Source: Candidatus Bathyarchaeota archaeon (GTDB lineage: Archaea > Thermoproteota > Bathyarchaeia > 40CM-2-53-6). From it: DNA of 64,000 bases. Positions 60,896 to 64,000 of this stretch are shown piece after piece. A program made the position numbers and the translations under genes. The notes beneath the pieces were generated by a model that saw only the letters and a program-made list of their open reading frames with translations, made no database searches and was not told the DNA's origin. The stretch is taken from NCBI GenBank assembly GCA_963706285.1, contig CAVPLU010000004.1, forward strand, positions 64,001 through 128,000. Direction: 5' to 3'. Numbering within the stretch: position 1 is the stretch's first letter; the number at the start of each line of letters is the position of its first letter.

Positions 60896-62068
60896 TCATA
60901 GGATGCTGGTCATTCTCTCGCAGGCCTCAGCTATCCTGTGGGTTGGAATGGTGAGTGCGAATCTAGCATATCCTTCTCCGTATCTCCCGAACCCTATGCC
61001 GGGAGTCACAACAACTCCTTTGTCCAGAAGCTTCTTTGCGAATTCCATCGAATCCATTCCACAATGTGCCCAAACGTAGAACGTCGCTCTTGGTGTCATG
61101 CACTGCAGTCCTAGCCTCCTCAGTTCCTTGACTAACAAATCTCGTCGCTCTTGATAGATTGCGACATTCTTCTTGACATAGTCGGGTGGTCCACTGTCTG
61201 TGTAGCTTCTCAGTGCTCTTGCAGCAGCTTTCTGCACATAGAGAGAAGGACCTGAATCAACCTGGGACTTCACCTTCTCAAAATCTGCTATGATCCGCTC
61301 GCTACCAACTGCAAATCCTATTCTGTCGCCCGTCATGCTGAAGGTCTTGGAGCAGGAGTGTATCTCTATGCCGACATCTTTGAAGCCATCGATCTCCATG
61401 ATGCTTGGCGGCTGGAAGTTGTCGAATGCTATCTCGGAGTATGCGTTGTCGTAGCAGATGATGGTTCCTTTCTCTCTGGCGAAGTTCACCAGTTCCTCTA
61501 GGAAGGGTTTCTCGACGGTTGCTGACGTAGGGTTGTTCGGATAGTTCAGGAATATGATCTTCGGCCTTTCGCTGGTAATCTGATCAAGGTTGGGTTTGAA
61601 GTCATTCTCCTCTAGTAGTGGCATGACAACCGGTTTGCCATCGCACAGTAGTGTGGCTCCGTTCAGGTATACAGGGTATGCCGGATCTGGGACGAGGACT
61701 TCGTCGCCTGGGTTGACGTAGGCTCTTGCAACGTTTGCTATTCCCTCCTTCGATCCAATCAGGCCTATGACCTCTCTACTCGGGTCTATCTCGACGTCAT
61801 AACGTGTGTTGTACCACTTTGCAACGGCTTCTCTAAACTCTGGCTCTCCTTGACTCAACGAATAGTTGTGGTTCTTTGGGTTTGAAGCCTCTTCTCTCAG
61901 AGCCTCCAGAACGAAGTCTGGTGGAGGGAGGTCTGGATCTCCAATTCCAAAAGAGATGACATCGACTCCGCGTTTTCTCTTTTCAATAACGAGCTTCTCC
62001 ATCTCGCTGAACAGATACGGCGGGAGGCTGTCCAGTCTCTTAGCTCTCTCAGTTCTAGGTCTTGCCAT
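60896..62068 (-). CDS. dapL: LL-diaminopimelate aminotransferase (class I)
   Basis: LPPYLF, GIGDPDLP, LIGSKEGI, NYPNNPT, DNAYSE, SCSKTFSMTGDRIG; follows lysA-dapF. Confidence 0.85.
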   Translation of the reverse strand: MARPRTERAKRLDSLPPYLFSEMEKLVIEKRKRGVDVISFGIGDPDLPPPDFVLEALREEASNPKNHNYSLSQGEPEFREAVAKWYNTRYDVEIDPSREVIGLIGSKEGIANVARAYVNPGDEVLVPDPAYPVYLNGATLLCDGKPVVMPLLEENDFKPNLDQITSERPKIIFLNYPNNPTSATVEKPFLEELVNFAREKGTIICYDNAYSEIAFDNFQPPSIMEIDGFKDVGIEIHSCSKTFSMTGDRIGFAVGSERIIADFEKVKSQVDSGPSLYVQKAAARALRSYTDSGPPDYVKKNVAIYQERRDLLVKELRRLGLQCMTPRATFYVWAHCGMDSMEFAKKLLDKGVVVTPGIGFGRYGEGYARFALTIPTHRIAEACERMTSIL

Positions 62069-62890
62069 CGAATAGTTCCGCTTCAAATACTCTTTCGACC
62101 GGCCCTTCAAGAATGGCTGAATCGCCGAGCTCCACGAGCAGTTCTCCACCTTGAAGTTGGACCTTGACCCGCCTTCCTGTCTTGCCAAGCCTTGATGCAG
62201 CGGCAACGCTCGCACAGGTGCCCGTCCCGCAGGCGGTAGTCTCTCCTACCCCACGCTCCCAAGTTCTAACTTTGATTTCCTCTGGAGACCTGACGCTAAC
62301 AAATTCGACGTTCGTGCCTTCAGGGAAGTAAGCGTGCCTTTCCAGCAGGGACCCAATTTCGTGGACAGGAAATGATTCGACATCTTCAACAAACGTGACA
62401 CAATGAGGATTTCCCATCGACAGACAGGTGATTCTGAGTTCCCTGTCTCCAGCAGTCACCGGTTCATCAATGCATTCTCCTTGACCGACCATGGGCACAG
62501 ACTGGCGACTAAATGATGGTTGTCCCATGTTCACTCGCACATTCGTTGTGTTCTTCTTGTCTGTTCTTAATTCTACTCTGCGATTTCCGGATAGCGTTTC
62601 TACGTTCATGATCCTTCTTCGAACGATCCGTTTTCATAGCAGTACTTTGCAAAGCATCGTATACCGTTGCCGCACATCTCTGCCTCTGAACCGTCTGAGT
62701 TGAAGATTCTCATGCGAACGTCAGCGGTTCTTGAATTCCGCACAACGAGAAGTCCGTCTGCTCCAACAGAGAACCTTCTCCTGCAGAGATTTCTTGCGAG
62801 TGTCCCAAGACGCTTATCGTTAATACGTTTGCGTCTGTCGTCAATAATCACGTAGTCGTTGCCAAGGCCGTGCATCTTCCAGAATTTCAT
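62055..62890 (-). CDS. dapF: Diaminopimelate epimerase (indel near 62625)
   Basis: [26 protein letters not shown], then [27 protein letters not shown]. Confidence 0.95.
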
Positions 62891-62915
62891 TGAAACCAAC
62901 CCGCGCACATAGTGA

Positions 62916-64000
62916 TCAGCTTAAAGAACGATCTGAAAGGATCGCCGCTGTCTCCAACCCTTTGTCATTCCGCTTGACTTGAAGTCGCTCAGGAATTCTC
63001 TGTCCCATTGTTAGAACGTCGAAGCTCTCCCGTTCTCTCACAACAGAGTACGTGGAGTCTTTCACGAGAACCTCAGCAGGTCTCGGTCTGGAGTTGTAGT
63101 GCGAGCTCATGGAGAAACCGTAAGCGCCTGCGTTTAGTATCACGAGACAATCACCGACCCTAGTCTCCTGGAGTTTTCTGTCTCTGGCAAGGAAGTCGCC
63201 GGATTCGCATAGAGGTCCCACAACATCGTAGACTCTTTCGGTTGTTGCTCCTACAGTGTCCGCCAAGACTATCTCGTGATATGCATCGTACATGGCCGGT
63301 CTGATCAGCGTGTTGAAGCCAGCGTCTACACCAATGAACTCTTTGTTGCCGGTCGATTTCACCGTATTAACTTTCGTCAGGAGCACGCCTGCGTCGCACA
63401 CTATGTACCTGCCCGGCTCGATGCAAAGCATAGGCTCTCCGAGGCCATATTCTGATATTCGCTTCTTGAAGAGGGCAACAATGGAGTCAGCCGCCTCTTC
63501 GATGTTGAGTTCTTCCTCCTCGGGTCTATAAGGAACCCCGAAACCGCCTCCAATATCAATGAATTCAAAGTTGATACCGAGACCTCTATGGATATCCCCT
63601 GCTGCTTTGAGAAGGTTCTCCATCGCGCGTCTGTGTGGTTCAGGGTTCAGTATGCCCGATCCAATGTGCATCTGGATTCCGAATCTCTTTACTCCGGCGT
63701 CTCTAGCCATTCTATATGCCGTGTATGCGTCTGCATGCAGCAGGCCGAATTTTGCGCTTCTGGAACCTGTGACAACGTGTGAGTGATGTCCTGCTCCAAC
63801 TTCTGGATTCAGTCTGACCGAAACTGTGAACGGTAGGATCTTCTTGAGCAACGAGGCCATTTGGGAGACTGAATCTACGTTTATCGTTACATTTGACTTG
63901 ATTGCGTAATCGAGCTCTTCTTCGCCAACGCTTGTCCCAGTGTAAAGGATGTGTTCTGGCTCAAAGCCCGACTCCAACGCAAGATATATCTCGCCAGCTG
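62916..64000 (-). CDS. lysA: Diaminopimelate decarboxylase (5' end outside window)
   Basis: [45 protein letters not shown]. Confidence 0.96.
   Translation of the reverse strand, partial: AGEIYLALESGFEPEHILYTGTSVGEEELDYAIKSNVTINVDSVSQMASLLKKILPFTVSVRLNPEVGAGHHSHVVTGSRSAKFGLLHADAYTAYRMARDAGVKRFGIQMHIGSGILNPEPHRRAMENLLKAAGDIHRGLGINFEFIDIGGGFGVPYRPEEEELNIEEAADSIVALFKKRISEYGLGEPMLCIEPGRYIVCDAGVLLTKVNTVKSTGNKEFIGVDAGFNTLIRPAMYDAYHEIVLADTVGATTERVYDVVGPLCESGDFLARDRKLQETRVGDCLVILNAGAYGFSMSSHYNSRPRPAEVLVKDSTYSVVRERESFDVLTMGQRIPERLQVKRNDKGLETAAILSDRSLS

Noticed and set aside
1-64000. CRISPR array, rRNA, IS/transposase or integrase; numerous antisense ORFs in the track
   Set aside because: No repeat-spacer periodicity or recognisable motifs found by eye; the antisense ORFs are shadows of well-supported genes.

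Overview
Archaeal chromosomal segment. The gene set (FEN1, NreA, aEF1-beta, Cdc48, RtcB, L40e, archaeal AspRS, geranylgeranyl reductase, BHB-intron tRNA, LysW cluster) points to a TACK archaeon, plausibly Bathyarchaeia (inference). Most of the window is housekeeping. The main points of interest are: (1) a peptide ABC operon whose substrate-binding protein is circularly permuted and anchored at both ends; (2) a six-gene operon joining an unknown membrane protein, a Rieske protein and cytochrome b, with no cytochrome c, to an ETF:quinone oxidoreductase and EtfBA, with menA nearby; (3) a relic defence island (GIY-YIG nuclease, membrane protein, REase-nSTAND3 NTPase) bounded by a displaced 3' half of tRNA-Leu(CAG) that carries a 30-nt hairpin insert; (4) a toxin-antitoxin-like pair whose nucleotidyltransferase is cut off at the 3' end of tRNA-Val; (5) an orphan AioB-like Rieske protein; (6) an ArgX-type LysW cluster with a LysM-like operator beside the DapL/DapF/LysA lysine route. 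Many single-base indels in essential genes suggest an unpolished long-read consensus, so split ORFs are treated as probable sequence errors. No CRISPR array, rRNA, transposase or integrase was seen. All calls come from reading motifs by eye; no database searches were run.
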